This document shows, one piece after another, positions 25,601 through 40,600 of a stretch of 64,000 nucleotides of DNA; position 1 is the stretch's first letter, and every line of letters starts with the position of its first letter. The notes beneath the pieces are model-generated. The model saw nothing but the letters and a program-made list of their open reading frames with translations, did no database searches and was not told where the DNA came from. A program made the position numbers and the translations under genes. Location: contig OZ059899.1 of NCBI GenBank assembly GCA_964057225.1, positions 2,852,001 to 2,916,000 on the forward strand. The letters run 5' to 3'. The stretch is from Auanema rhodensis (taxonomy: Eukaryota; Animalia; Nematoda).

Positions 25601-28600
25601 TGCCTTGAAAAATGGAATCTTAAAACATCTACTTTTTGCTAAATTATTCTGAAATTTTTCAAAAAAATTTTTGTCAAAATGTTTTTGGTAGCAATGTTGA
25701 GTGTACATGGAAACTCAACATACACTAATGCATCATTTTTCAAACGATCATAACTAATTTTTGTATTAAGCGTTTCTCAATGTAGTATAGTGCATGCGAT
25801 GCGGATTTTTAAGCTGCGTCGATCTGTGTTATCAGATTTGCGCTAGCTTAAAAATGCACCGAGATATCAATTGATATAAGTTCACACTTATATCCTCGAT
25901 TTTCACCCTGAAGAATTATTTTTTTCGTTGAATAACATTGTCCATCGTCTTTGCCTTGTAAAATGGAATCTAAAAACATCTACTTTTTGCTAAATTATTT
26001 TGAAATTTTTGGAAAAAATTTTTGTCAAAATGTTTTTGGAAGCAATGTTGAGTGTACATGGAAACTCAACATACACTAATGCATCATTTTTCAAACGATC
26101 ATAACTAATTTTTGTATCAAGCGTTTCTCAATGTAGTATAGTGCATTTGATGCGGATTTTTAAGCTGCGTCGATCTGTGTTATCAGATTTGCGGTAGCTT
26201 AAAAATGCACCGAGATATCAACTGATATAAGTTCACACTTATATCCTCGATTTTCACCCTGAAGAATTAATTTTTTCGTTGAATAACATTGTCCATCGTC
26301 TTTGCCTTGAGAAATGGAATCTAAAAACATCTACTTTTTGCTAAATTTTTTTGAAATTTTTCGAAAAAATTTTTGTCAAAATGTTTTTGGAAGCAATGTT
26401 GAGTGTACATGGAAACTCAACATACACTAATGCATCATTTTTCAAACGATCATAACTAATTTTTGTATTAAGCGTTTCTCAATGTAGTATAGTGCATTCG
26501 ATGCGGATTTTTAAGCTGCGTCGATCTGTGTTATCAGATTTGCGCTAGCTTAAAAATGCACCGAGATATCAATTGATATAAGTTCACACTTATATCCTCG
26601 ATTTTCACCCTGAAGAATTATTTTTTTCGTTGAATAACATTGTCCATCGTCTTTGCCTTGTAAAATGGAATCTAAAAACATCTACTTTTTGCTAAATTAT
26701 TTTGAAATTTTTGGAAAAAATTTTTGTCAAAATGTTTTTGGAAGCAATGTTGAGTGTACATGGAAACTCAACATACACTAATGCATCATTTTTCAAACGA
26801 TCATAACTAATTTTTGTATCAAGCGTTTCTCAATGTAGTATAGTGCATTTGATGCGGATTTTTAAGCTGCGTCGATCTGTGTTATCAGATTTGCGGTAGC
26901 TTAAAAATGCACCGAGATATCAACTGATATAAGTTCACACTTATATCCTCGATTTTCACCCTGAAGAATTAATTTTTTCGTTGAATAACATTGTCCATCG
27001 TCTTTGCCTTGAAAAACGGAATCTAAAAACATCTACTTTTTGCTAAATTATTTTGAAATTTTTCAAAAAAAGTTTTGTCAAAATGTTTTTGGAAGCAATG
27101 TTGAGTGTACATGGAAACTCAACATACACTAATGCATCATTTTTCAAACGATCATAACTAATTTTTGTATTGAGCGTTTCTCAATGTAGTATAGTGCATT
27201 CGATGCGGATTTTTAAGCTGCGTCGATCTGTGTTATCAGATTTGCGCTAACTTAAAAATGCACCGAGATATCAACTGATATAAGTTCACACTTATATCCT
27301 CGATTTTCACCCTGAAGAATTAATTTTTTCGTTGAATAACATTGTCCATCGTCTTTGCCTTGAGAAATGGAATCTAAAAACATCTACTTTTTGCTAAATT
27401 TTTTTGAAATTTTTCGAAAAAATTTTTGTCAAAATGTTTTTGGAAGCAATGTTGAGTGTACATGGAAACTCAACATACACTAATGCATCATTTTTCAAAC
27501 GATCATAACTAATTTTTGTATTAAGCGTTTCTCAATGTAGTATAGTGCATTCGATGCGGATTTTTAAGCTGCGTCGATCTGTGTTATCAGATTTGCGCTA
27601 GCTTAAAAATGCACCGAGATATCAACTGATATAAGTTCACACTTATATCCTCAATTTTCACCCTGAAGAATTAATTTTTTCGTTGAATAACATTGTCCAT
27701 CGTCTTTGCCTTGAAAAACGGAATCTAAAAACATCTACTTTTTGCTAAATTATTTTGAAATTTTTCAAAAAAAGTTTTGTCAAAATGTTTTTGGAAGCAA
27801 TGTTGAGTGTACATGGAAACTCAACATACACTAATGCATCATTTTTCAAACGATCATAACTAATTTTTGTATTAAGCGTTTCTCAATGTAGTATAGTGCA
27901 TTCGATGCGGATTTTTAAGCTGCGTCGATCTGTGTTATCAGATTTGCGCTAACTTAAAAATGCACCGAGATATCAACTGATATAAGTTCACACTTATATC
28001 CTCGATTTTCACCCTGAAGAATTAATTTTTTCGTTGAATAACATTGTCCATCGTCTTTGCCTTGAGAAATGGAATCTAAAAACATCTACTTTTTGCTAAA
28101 TTTATTTGAAATTTTTCGAAAAAATTTTTGTCAAAATGTTTTTGGAAGCAATGTTGAGTGTACATGGAAACTCAACATACACTAATGCATCATTTTTCAA
28201 ACGATCATAACTAATTTTTGTATTTAGCGTTTCTCAATGTAGTATAGTGCATTCGATGCGGATTTTTAAGCTGCGTCGATCTGTGTTATCAGATTTGCGC
28301 TAGCTTAAAAATGCACCGAGATATCAACTGATATAAGTTCACACTTATATCCTCAATTTTCACCCTGAAGAATTAATTTTTTCGTTGAATAACATTGTCC
28401 ATCGTCTTTGCCTTGAGAAATGGGATCTAAAAACATCTACTTTTTGCTAAATTTATTTGAAATTTTTCGAAAAAATTTTTGTCAAAATGTTTTTGGAAGC
28501 AATGTTGAGTGTACATGGAAACTCAACATACACTAATGCATCATTTTTCAAACGATCATAACTAATTTTTGTATCAAGCGTTTCTCAATGTAGTATAGTG

Positions 28601-31600
28601 CATTTGATGCGGATTTTTAAGCTGCGTCGATCTGTGTTATCAGATTTGCGCTAGCTTAAAAATGCACCGAGATATCAACTGATATAAGTTCACACTTATA
28701 TCCTCGATTTTCACCCTGAAGAATTATTTTTTTCGTTGAATAACATTGTCCATCGTCTTTGCCTTGAAAAACGGAATCTAAAAACATCTACTTTTTGCTA
28801 AATTATTTTGAAATTTTTCAAAAAAAGTTTTGTCAAAATGTTTTTGGAAGCAATGTTGAGTGTACATGGAAACTCAACATACACTAATGCATCATTTTTC
28901 AAACGATCATAACTAATTTTTGTATTAAGCGTTTCTCAATGTAGTATAGTGCATTCGATGCGGATTTTTAAGCTGCGTCGATCTGTGTTATCAGATTTGC
29001 GCTAGCTTAAAAATGCACCGAGATATCAATTGATATAAGTTCACACTTATATCCTCGATTTTCACCCTGAAGAATTATTTTTTTCGTTGAATAACATTGT
29101 CCATCGTCTTTGCCTTGTAAAATGGAATCTAAAAACATCTACTTTTTGCTAAATTATTTTGAAATTTTTGGAAAAAATTTTTGTCAAAATGTTTTTGGAA
29201 GCAATGTTGAGTGTACATGGAAACTCAACATACACTAATGCATCATTTTTCAAACGATCATAACTAATTTTTGTATCAAGCGTTTCTCAATGTAGTATAG
29301 TGCATTTGATGCGGATTTTTAAGCTGCGTCGATCTGTGTTATCAGATTTGCGGTAGCTTAAAAATGCACCGAGATATCAACTGATATAAGTTCACACTTA
29401 TATCCTCGATTTTCACCCTGAAGAATTAATTTTTTCGTTGAATAACATTGTCCATCGTCTTTGCCTTGAAAAACGGAATCTAAAAACATCTACTTTTTGC
29501 TAAATTATTTTGAAATTTTTCAAAAAAAGTTTTGTCAAAATGTTTTTGGAAGCAATGTTGAGTGTACATGGAAACTCAACATACACTAATGCATCATTTT
29601 TCAAACGATCATAACTAATTTTTGTATTAAGCGTTTCTCAATGTAGTATAGTGCATTCGATGCGGATTTTTAAGCTGCGTCGATCTGTGTTATCAGATTT
29701 GCGCTAGCTTAAAAATGCACCGAGATATCAATTGATATAAGTTCACACTTATATCCTCGATTTTCACCCTGAAGAATTATTTTTTTCGTTGAATAACATT
29801 GTCCATCGTCTTTGCCTTGTCAAATGGAATCTAAAAACATCTACTTTTTGCTAAATTATTTTGAAATTTTTGGAAAAAATTTTTGTCAAAATGTTTTTGG
29901 AAGCAATGTTGAGTGTACATGGAAACTCAACATACACTAATGCATCATTTTTCAAACGATCATAACTAATTTTTGTATCAAGCGTTTCTCAATGTAGTAT
30001 AGTGCATTTGATGCGGATTTTTAAGCTGCGTCGATCTGTGTTATCAGATTTGCGGTAGCTTAAAAATGCACCGAGATATCAACTGATATAAGTTCACACT
30101 TATATCCTCGATTTTCACCCTGAAGAATTAATTTTTTCGTTGAATAACATTGTCCATCGTCTTTGCCTTGAAAAACGGAATCTAAAAACATCTACTTTTT
30201 GCTAAATTATTTTGAAATTTTTCAAAAAAAGTTTTGTCAAAATGTTTTTGGAAGCAATGTTGAGTGTACATGGAAACTCAACATACACTAATGCATCATT
30301 TTTCAAACGATCATAACTAATTTTTGTATTAAGCGTTTCTCAATGTAGTATAGTGCATTCGATGCGGATTTTTAAGCTGCGTCGATCTGTGTTATCAGAT
30401 TTGCGTTAGCTTAAAAATGCACCGAGATATCAACTGATATAAGTTCACACTTATATCCTCGATTTTCACCCTGAAGAATTAATTTTTTCGTTGAATAACA
30501 TTGTCCATCGTCTTTGCCTTGAAAAACGGAATCTAAAAACATCTACTTTTTGCTAAATTATTTTGAAATTTTTGGAAAAAATTTTTGTCAAAATGTTTTT
30601 GGAAGCAATGTTGAGTGTACATGGAAACTCAACATACACTAATGCATCATTTTTCAAACGATCATAACTAATTTTTGTATCAAGCGTTTCTCAATGTAGT
30701 ATAGTGCATTTGATGCGGATTTTTAAGCTGCGTCGATCTGTGTTATCAGATTTGCGGTAGCTTAAAAATGCACCGAGATATCAACTGATATAAGTTCACA
30801 CTTATATCCTCGATTTTCACCCTGAAGAATTAATTTTTTCGTTGAATAACATTGTCCATCGTCTTTGCCTTGAAAAACGGAATCTAAAAACATCTACTTT
30901 TTGCTAAATTATTTTGAAATTTTTCAAAAAAAGTTTTGTCAAAATGTTTTTGGAAGCAATGTTGAGTGTACATGGAAACTCAACATACACTAATGCATCA
31001 TTTTTCAAACGATCATAACTAATTTTTGTATCAAGCGTTTCTCAATGTAGTATAGTGCATTTGATGCGGATTTTTAAGCTGCGTCGAACTGTGTTATCAG
31101 ATTTGCGCTAGCTTAAAAATGCACCGAGATATCAACTGATATAAGTTCACACTTATATCCTCGATTTTCACCCTGAAGAATTGATTTTTTCGTTGAATAA
31201 CATTGTTCATCGTCTTTGCCTTGAAAAAAAGAATTTAAAAACATCTACTTTTTGCTAAATTATTTTGAAATTTTTCGAAAAAATTTTTGTCAAAATGTTT
31301 TTGGAAGCAATGTTGAGTGTACATGGAAACTCAACATACACTAATGCATCATTTTTCAAACGATCATAACTAATTTTTGTATCAAGCGTTTCTCAATGTA
31401 GTATAGTGCATTCGATGCGGATTTTTAAGTTTCGTCGATCTGTGTTATCAGATTTGCGCTAGCTTAAAAATGCACCGACATATCAACTGATATAAGTTCA
31501 CACTTATATCCTCGATTTTCACCCTGAAGAATTATTTTTTTCGTTGAATAACATTGTCCATCGTCTTTGCCTTGAAAAATGGAATCTAAAAACATCTACT

Positions 31601-34600
31601 TTTTGCTAAATTATTTCGAAATTTTTCGAAAAAATTTTTGTCAAAATGTTTTTGGAAGCAATGTTGAGTGTACATGGAAACTCAACATACACTAATGCAT
31701 CATTTTTCAAACGATCATAACTAATTTTTGTATTAAGTTTTTCTCAATGTAGTATAGTGCATTCGATGCGGATTTTTAAGCTGCGTCGATCTGTGTTATC
31801 AGATTTGCGCTAGCTTAAAAATGCACCGAGATATCAACTGATATAAGTTCACACTTATATCCTCGATTTTCACCCTGAAGAATTATTTTTTTCGTTGAAT
31901 AACATTGTCCATCGTCTTTGCCTTGAAAAATGGAATCTAAAAACATCTACTTTTTGCTAAATTATTCTGAAATTTTTCAAAAAAATTTTTGTCAAAATGT
32001 TTTTGGTAGCAATGTTGAGTGTACATGGAAACTCAACATACACTAATGCATCATTTTTCAAACGATCATAACTAATTTTTGTATTAAGCGTTTCTCAATG
32101 TAGTATAGTGCATTCGATGCGGATTTTTAAGCTGCGTCGATCTGTGTTATCAGATTTGCGCTAGCTTAAAAATGCACCGAGATATCAATTGATATAAGTT
32201 CACACTTATATCCTCGATTTTCACCCTGAAGAATTATTTTTTTCGTTGAATAACATTGTCCATCGTCTTTGCCTTGTAAAATGGAATCTAAAAACATCTA
32301 CTTTTTGCTAAATTATTTTGAAATTTTTGGAAAAAATTTTTGTCAAAATGTTTTTGGAAGCAATGTTGAGTGTACATGGAAACTCAACATACACTAATGC
32401 ATCATTTTTCAAACGATCATAACTAATTTTTGTATTAAGCCTTTCTCAATGTAGTATAGTGCATTCGATGCGGATTTTCAAGCTGCGTCGATCTGTGTTA
32501 TCAGATTTGCGCTAGCTTAAAAATGCACCGAGATATCAACTGATATAAGTTCACACTTATATCCTCGATTTTCACCCTGAAGAATTAATTTTCTTGTTGA
32601 ATAACATTGTCTATCGTCTTTGCCTTGAAAAATGGAATCTAAAAACATCTACTTTTTGCTAAATTATTCTGAAATTTTTCAAAAAAATTTTTGTCAAAAT
32701 GTTTTTGGAAGCAATGTTGAGTGTACATGGAAACTCAACATACACTAATGCATCATTTTTCAAACGATCATAACTAATTTTTGTATTAAGCCTTTCTCAA
32801 TGTAGTAAAGTGCATTCGATGCGGATTTTTAAGCTGCGTCGATCTGTGTTATCAGATTTGCGCTAGCTTAAAAATGCACCGAGATATCAATTGATATAAG
32901 TTCACACTTATATCCTCGATTTTCACCCTGAAGAATTATTTTTTTCGTTGAATAACATTGTCCATCGTCTTTGCCTTGTAAAATGGAATCTAAAAACATC
33001 TACTTTTTGCTAAATTATTTTGAAATTTTTGGAAAAAATTTTTGTCAAAATGTTTTTGGAAGCAATGTTGAGTGTACATGGAAACTCAACATACACTAAT
33101 GCATCATTTTTCAAACGATCATAACTAATTTTTGTATTAAGCCTTTCTCAATGTAGTATAGTGCATTCGATGCGGATTTTCAAGCTGCGTCGATCTGTGT
33201 TATCAGATTTGCGCTAGCTTAAAAATGCACCGAGATATCAACTGATATAAGTTCACACTTATATCCTCGATTTTCACCCTGAAGAATTAATTTTCTTGTT
33301 GAATAACATTGTCTATCGTCTTTGCCTTGAAAAATGGAATCTAAAAACATCTACTTTTTGCTAAATTATTCTGAAATTTTTCAAAAAAATTTTTGTCAAA
33401 ATGTTTTTGGAAGCAATGTTGAGTGTACATGGAAACTCAACATACACTAATGCATCATTTTTCAAACGATCATAACTAATTTTTGTATTAAGCGTTTCTC
33501 AATGTAGTATAGTGCATTCGATGCGGATTTTTAAGCTGCGTCGATCTGTGTTATCAGATTTGCGCTAACTTAAAAATGCACCGAGATATCAACTGATATA
33601 AGTTCACACTTATATCCTCGATTTTCACTCTGAAGAATTATTTTTTTCGTTGAATAACATTGTCCATCGTCTTTGCCTTGAAAAATGGAATCTAAAAACA
33701 TCTACTTTTTGCTAAATTATTTTGAAATTTTTCGAAAAAATTTTTGTCAAAATGTTTTTGGAAGCAATGTTGAGTGTACATGGAAACTCAACATACACTA
33801 ATGCATCATTTTTCAAACGATCATAACTAATTTTTGTATTAAGCGTTTCTCAATGTAGTATAGTGCATTCGATGCGGATTTTTAAGTTTCGTCGATCTGT
33901 GTTATCAGATTTGCGCTAGCTTAAAAATGCACCGAGATATCAACTGATATAAGTTCACACTTATATCCTCGATTTTCACCCTGAAGAATTATTTTTTTCG
34001 TTGAATAACATTGTCCATCGTCTTTGCCTTGAAAAATGGAATCTAAAAACATCTACTTTTTGCTAAATTATTTCGAAATTTTTCGAAAAAATTTTTGTCA
34101 AAATGTTTTTGGAAGCAATGTTGAGTGTACATGGAAACTCAACATACACTAATGCATCATTTTTCAAACGATCATAACTAATTTTTGTATTAAGTTTTTC
34201 TCAATGTAGTATAGTGCATTCGATGCGGATTTTTAAGCTGCGTCGATCTGTGTTATCAGATTTGCGCTAGCTTAAAAATGCACCGAGATATCAACTGATA
34301 TAAGTTCACACTTATATCCTCGATTTTCACCCTGAAGAATTATTTTTTTCGTTGAATAACATTGTCCATCGTCTTTGCCTTGAAAAATGGAATCTAAAAA
34401 CATCTACTTTTTGCTAAATTATTCTGAAATTTTTCAAAAAAATTTTTGTCAAAATGTTTTTGGTAGCAATGTTGAGTGTACATGGAAACTCAACATACAC
34501 TAATGCATCATTTTTCAAACGATCATAACTAATTTTTGTATTAAGCGTTTCTCAATGTAGTATAGTGCATTCGATGCGGATTTTTAAGCTGCGTCGATCT

Positions 34601-37600
34601 GTGTTATCAGATTTGCGCTAGCTTAAAAATGCACCGAGATATCAATTGATATAAGTTCACACTTATATCCTCGATTTTCACCCTGAAGAATTATTTTTTT
34701 CGTTGAATAACATTGTCCATCGTCTTTGCCTTGTAAAATGGAATCTAAAAACATCTACTTTTTGCTAAATTATTTTGAAATTTTTGGAAAAAATTTTTGT
34801 CAAAATGTTTTTGGAAGCAATGTTGAGTGTACATGGAAACTCAACATACACTAATGCATCATTTTTCAAACGATCATAACTAATTTTTGTATTAAGCCTT
34901 TCTCAATGTAGTATAGTGCATTCGATGCGGATTTTCAAGCTGCGTCGATCTGTGTTATCAGATTTGCGCTAGCTTAAAAATGCACCGAGATATCAACTGA
35001 TATAAGTTCACACTTATATCCTCGATTTTCACCCTGAAGAATTAATTTTCTTGTTGAATAACATTGTCTATCGTCTTTGCCTTGAAAAATGGAATCTAAA
35101 AACATCTACTTTTTGCTAAATTATTCTGAAATTTTTCAAAAAAATTTTTGTCAAAATGTTTTTGGAAGCAATGTTGAGTGTACATGGAAACTCAACATAC
35201 ACTAATGCATCATTTTTCAAACGATCATAACTAATTTTTGTATTAAGTTTTTCTCAATGTAGTATAGTGCATTCGATGCGGATTTTTAAGCTGCGTCGAT
35301 CTGTGTTATCAGATTTGCGCTAGCTTAAAAATGCACCGAGATATCAACTGATATAAGTTCACACTTATATCCTCGATTTTCACCCTGAAGAATTATTTTT
35401 TTCGTTGAATAACATTGTCCATCGTCTTTGCCTTGAAAAATGGAATCTAAAAACATCTACTTTTTGCTAAATTATTCTGAAATTTTTCAAAAAAATTTTT
35501 GTCAAAATGTTTTTGGTAGCAATGTTGAGTGTACATGGAAACTCAACATACACTAATGCATCATTTTTCAAACGATCATAACTAATTTTTGTATTAAGCG
35601 TTTCTCAATGTAGTATAGTGCATTCGATGCGGATTTTTAAGCTGCGTCGATCTGTGTTATCAGATTTGCGCTAGCTTAAAAATGCACCGAGATATCAATT
35701 GATATAAGTTCACACTTATATCCTCGATTTTCACCCTGAAGAATTATTTTTTTCGTTGAATAACATTGTCCATCGTCTTTGCCTTGTAAAATGGAATCTA
35801 AAAACATCTACTTTTTGCTAAATTATTTTGAAATTTTTGGAAAAAATTTTTGTCAAAATGTTTTTGGAAGCAATGTTGAGTGTACATGGAAACTCAACAT
35901 ACACTAATGCATCATTTTTCAAACGATCATAACTAATTTTTGTATTAAGCCTTTCTCAATGTAGTATAGTGCATTCGATGCGGATTTTCAAGCTGCGTCG
36001 ATCTGTGTTATCAGATTTGCGCTAGCTTAAAAATGCACCGAGATATCAACTGATATAAGTTCACACTTATATCCTCGATTTTCACCCTGAAGAATTAATT
36101 TTCTTGTTGAATAACATTGTCTATCGTCTTTGCCTTGAAAAATGGAATCTAAAAACATCTACTTTTTGCTAAATTATTCTGAAATTTTTCAAAAAAATTT
36201 TTGTCAAAATGTTTTTGGAAGCAATGTTGAGTGTACATGGAAACTCAACATACACTAATGCATCATTTTTCAAACGATCATAACTAATTTTTGTATTAAG
36301 CGTTTCTCAATGTAGTATAGTGCATTCGATGCGGATTTTTAAGCTGCGTCGATCTGTGTTATCAGATTTGCGCTAGCTTAAAAATGCACCGAGATATCAA
36401 TTGATATAAGTTCACACTTATATCCTCGATTTTCACCCTGAAGAATTATTTTTTTCGTTGAATAACATTGTCCATCGTCTTTGCCTTGTAAAATGGAATC
36501 TAAAAACATCTACTTTTTGCTAAATTATTTTGAAATTTTTGGAAAAAATTTTTGTCAAAATGTTTTTGGAAGCAATGTTGAGTGTACATGGAAACTCAAC
36601 ATACACTAATGCATCATTTTTCAAACGATCATAACTAATTTTTGTATTAAGCCTTTCTCAATGTAGTATAGTGCATTCGATGCGGATTTTCAAGCTGCGT
36701 CGATCTGTGTTATCAGATTTGCGCTAGCTTAAAAATGCACCGAGATATCAACTGATATAAGTTCACACTTATATCCTCGATTTTCACCCTGAAGAATTAA
36801 TTTTCTTGTTGAATAACATTGTCTATCGTCTTTGCCTTGAAAAATGGAATCTAAAAACATCTACTTTTTGCTAAATTATTCTGAAATTTTTCAAAAAAAT
36901 TTTTGTCAAAATGTTTTTGGAAGCAATGTTGAGTGTACATGGAAACTCAACATACACTAATGCATCATTTTTCAAACGATCATAACTAATTTTTGTATTA
37001 AGCGTTTCTCAATGTAGTATAGTGCATTCGATGCGGATTTTTAAGCTGCGTCGATCTGTGTTATCAGATTTGCGCTAACTTAAAAATGCACCGAGATATC
37101 AACTGATATAAGTTCACACTTATATCCTCGATTTTCACTCTGAAGAATTATTTTTTTCGTTGAATAACATTGTCCATCGTCTTTGCCTTGAAAAATGGAA
37201 TCTAAAAACATCTACTTTTTGCTAAATTATTTTGAAATTTTTCGAAAAAATTTTTGTCAAAATGTTTTTGGAAGCAATGTTGAGTGTACATGGAAACTCA
37301 ACATACACTAATGCATCATTTTTCAAACGATCATAACTAATTTTTGTATTAAGCGTTTCTCAATGTAGTATAGTGCATTCAATGCGGATTTTTAAGCTGC
37401 GTCGATCTGTGTTATCAGATTTGCGCTAGCTTAAAAATGCACCGAGATATCAATTGATATAAGTTCACACTTATATCCTCGATTTTCACCCTGAAGAATT
37501 ATTTTTTTCGTTGAATAACATTGTCCATCGTCTTTGCCTTGTAAAATGGAATCTAAAAACATCTACTTTTTGCTAAATTATTTTGAAATTTTTCGAAAAA

Positions 37601-40600
37601 ATTTTTGTCAAAATGTTTTTGGAAGCAATGTTGAGTGTACATGGAAACTCAACATACACTAATGCATCATTTTTCAAACGATCATAACTAATTTTTGTAT
37701 CAAGCGTTTCTCAATGTAGTATAGTGCATTCGATGCGGATTTTTAAGTTGCGTCGATCTGTGTTATCAGATTTGCGCTAGCTTAAAAATGCACCGAGATA
37801 TCAACTGATATAAGTTCACACTTATATCCTCGATTTTCACCCTGAAGAATTATTTTTTTCGTTGAATAACATTGTCCATCGTCTTTGCCTTGAAAAATGG
37901 AATCTAAAAACATCTACTTTTTGCTAAATTATTTCGAAATTTTTCGAAAAAATTTTTGTCAAAATGTTTTTGGAAGCAATGTTGAGTGTACATGGAAACT
38001 CAACATACACTAATGCATCATTTCTCAAACGATCATAACTAATTTTTGTATTAAGTTTTTCTCAATGTAGTATAGTGCATTCGATGCGGATTTTTAAGCT
38101 GCGTCGATCTGTGTTATCAGATTTGCGCTAGCTTAAAAATGCACCGAGATATCAACTGATATAAGTTCACACTTATATCCTCGATTTTCACCCTGAAGAA
38201 TTATTTTTTTCGTTGAATAACATTGTCCATCGTCTTTGCCTTGAAAAATGGAATCTAAAAACATCTACTTTTTGCTAAATTATTCTGAAATTTTTCAAAA
38301 AAATTTTTGTCAAAATGTTTTTGGTAGCAATGTTGAGTGTACATGGAAACTCAACATACACTAATGCATCATTTTTCAAACGATCATAACTAATTTTTGT
38401 ATTAAGCGTTTCTCAATGTAGTATAGTGCATTCGATGCGGATTTTTAAGCTGCGTCGATCTGTGTTATCAGATTTGCGCTAGCTTAAAAATGCACCGAGA
38501 TATCAATTGATATAAGTTCACACTTATATCCTCGATTTTCACCCTGAAGAATTATTTTTTTCGTTGAATAACATTGTCCATCGTCTTTGCCTTGAAAAAT
38601 GGAATCTAAAAACATCTACTTTTTGCTAAATTATTTTGAAATTTTTCGAAAAAATTTTTGTCAAAATGTTTTTGGAAGCAATGTTGAGTGTACATGGAAA
38701 CTCAACATACACTAATGCATCATTTTTCAAACGATCATAACTAATTTTTGTATTAAGCGTTTCTCAATGTAGTATAGTGCATTCAATGCGGATTTTTAAG
38801 CTGCGTCGATCTGTGTTATCAGATTTGCGCTAGCTTAAAAATGCACCGAGATATCAATTGATATAAGTTCACACTTATATCCTCGATTTTCACCCTGAAG
38901 AATTATTTTTTTCGTTGAATAACATTGTCCATCGTCTTTGCCTTGTAAAATGGAATCTAAAAACATCTACTTTTTGCTAAATTATTTTGAAATTTTTCAA
39001 AAAAAGTTTTGTCAAAATGTTTTTGGAAGCAATGTTGAGTGTACATGGAAACTCAACATACACTAATGCATCATTTTTCAAACGATCATAACTAATTTTT
39101 GTATCAAGCGTTTCTCAATGTAGTATAGTGCATTCGATGCGGATTTTTAAGCTGCGTCGATCTGTGTTATCAGATTTGCGCTAGCTTAAAAATGCACCGA
39201 GATATCAACTGATATAAGTTCACACTTATATCCTCAATTTTCACCCTGAAGAATTAATTTTTTCGTTGAATAACATTGTCCATCGTCTTTGCCTTGAGAA
39301 ATGGAATCTAAAAACATCTACTTTTTGCTAAATTTATTTGAAATTTTTCGAAAAAATTTTTGTCAAAATGTTTTTGGAAGCAATGTTGAGTGTACATGGA
39401 AACTCAACATACACTAATGCATCATTTTTCAAACGATCATAACTAATTTTTGTATCAAGCGTTTCTCAATGTAGTATAGTGCATTTGATGCGGATTTTTA
39501 AGCTGCGTCGATCTGTGTTATCAGATTTGCGCTAGCTTAAAAATGCACCGAGATATCAACTGATATAAGTTCACACTTATATCCTCGATTTTCACCCTGA
39601 AGAATTGATTTTTTCGTTGAATAACATTGTTCATCGTCTTTGCCTTGAAAAAAAGAATTTAAAAACATCTACTTTTTGCTAAATTATTTTGAAATTTTTC
39701 GAAAAAATTTTTGTCAAAATGTTTTTGGAAGCAATGTTGAGTGTACATGGAAACTCAACATACACTAATGCATCATTTTTCAAACGATCATAACTAATTT
39801 TTGTATCAAGCGTTTCTCAATGTAGTATAGTGCATTCGATGCGGATTTTTAAGTTGCGTCGATCTGTGTTATCAGATTTGCGCTAGCTTAAAAATGCACC
39901 GAGATATCAACTGATATAAGTTCACACTTATATCCTCGATTTTCACCCTGAAGAATTATTTTTTTCGTTGAATAACATTGTCCATCGTCTTTGCCTTGAA
40001 AAATGGAATCTAAAAACATCTACTTTTTGCTAAATTATTTCGAAATTTTTCGAAAAAATTTTTGTCAAAATGTTTTTGGAAGCAATGTTGAGTGTACATG
40101 GAAACTCAACATACACTAATGCATCATTTCTCAAACGATCATAACTAATTTTTGTATTAAGTTTTTCTCAATGTAGTATAGTGCATTCGATGCGGATTTT
40201 TAAGCTGCGTCGATCTGTGTTATCAGATTTGCGCTAGCTTAAAAATGCACCGAGATATCAACTGATATAAGTTCACACTTATATCCTCGATTTTCACCCT
40301 GAAGAATTATTTTTTTCGTTGAATAACATTGTCCATCGTCTTTGCCTTGAAAAATGGAATCTAAAAACATCTACTTTTTGCTAAATTATTTCGAAATTTT
40401 TCGAAAAAATTTTTGTCAAAATGTTTTTGGAAGCAATGTTGAGTGTACATGGAAACTCAACATACACTAATGCATCATTTCTCAAACGATCATAACTAAT
40501 TTTTGTATTAAGTTTTTCTCAATGTAGTATAGTGCATTCGATGCGGATTTTTAAGCTGCGTCGATCTGTGTTATCAGATTTGCGCTAGCTTAAAAATGCA

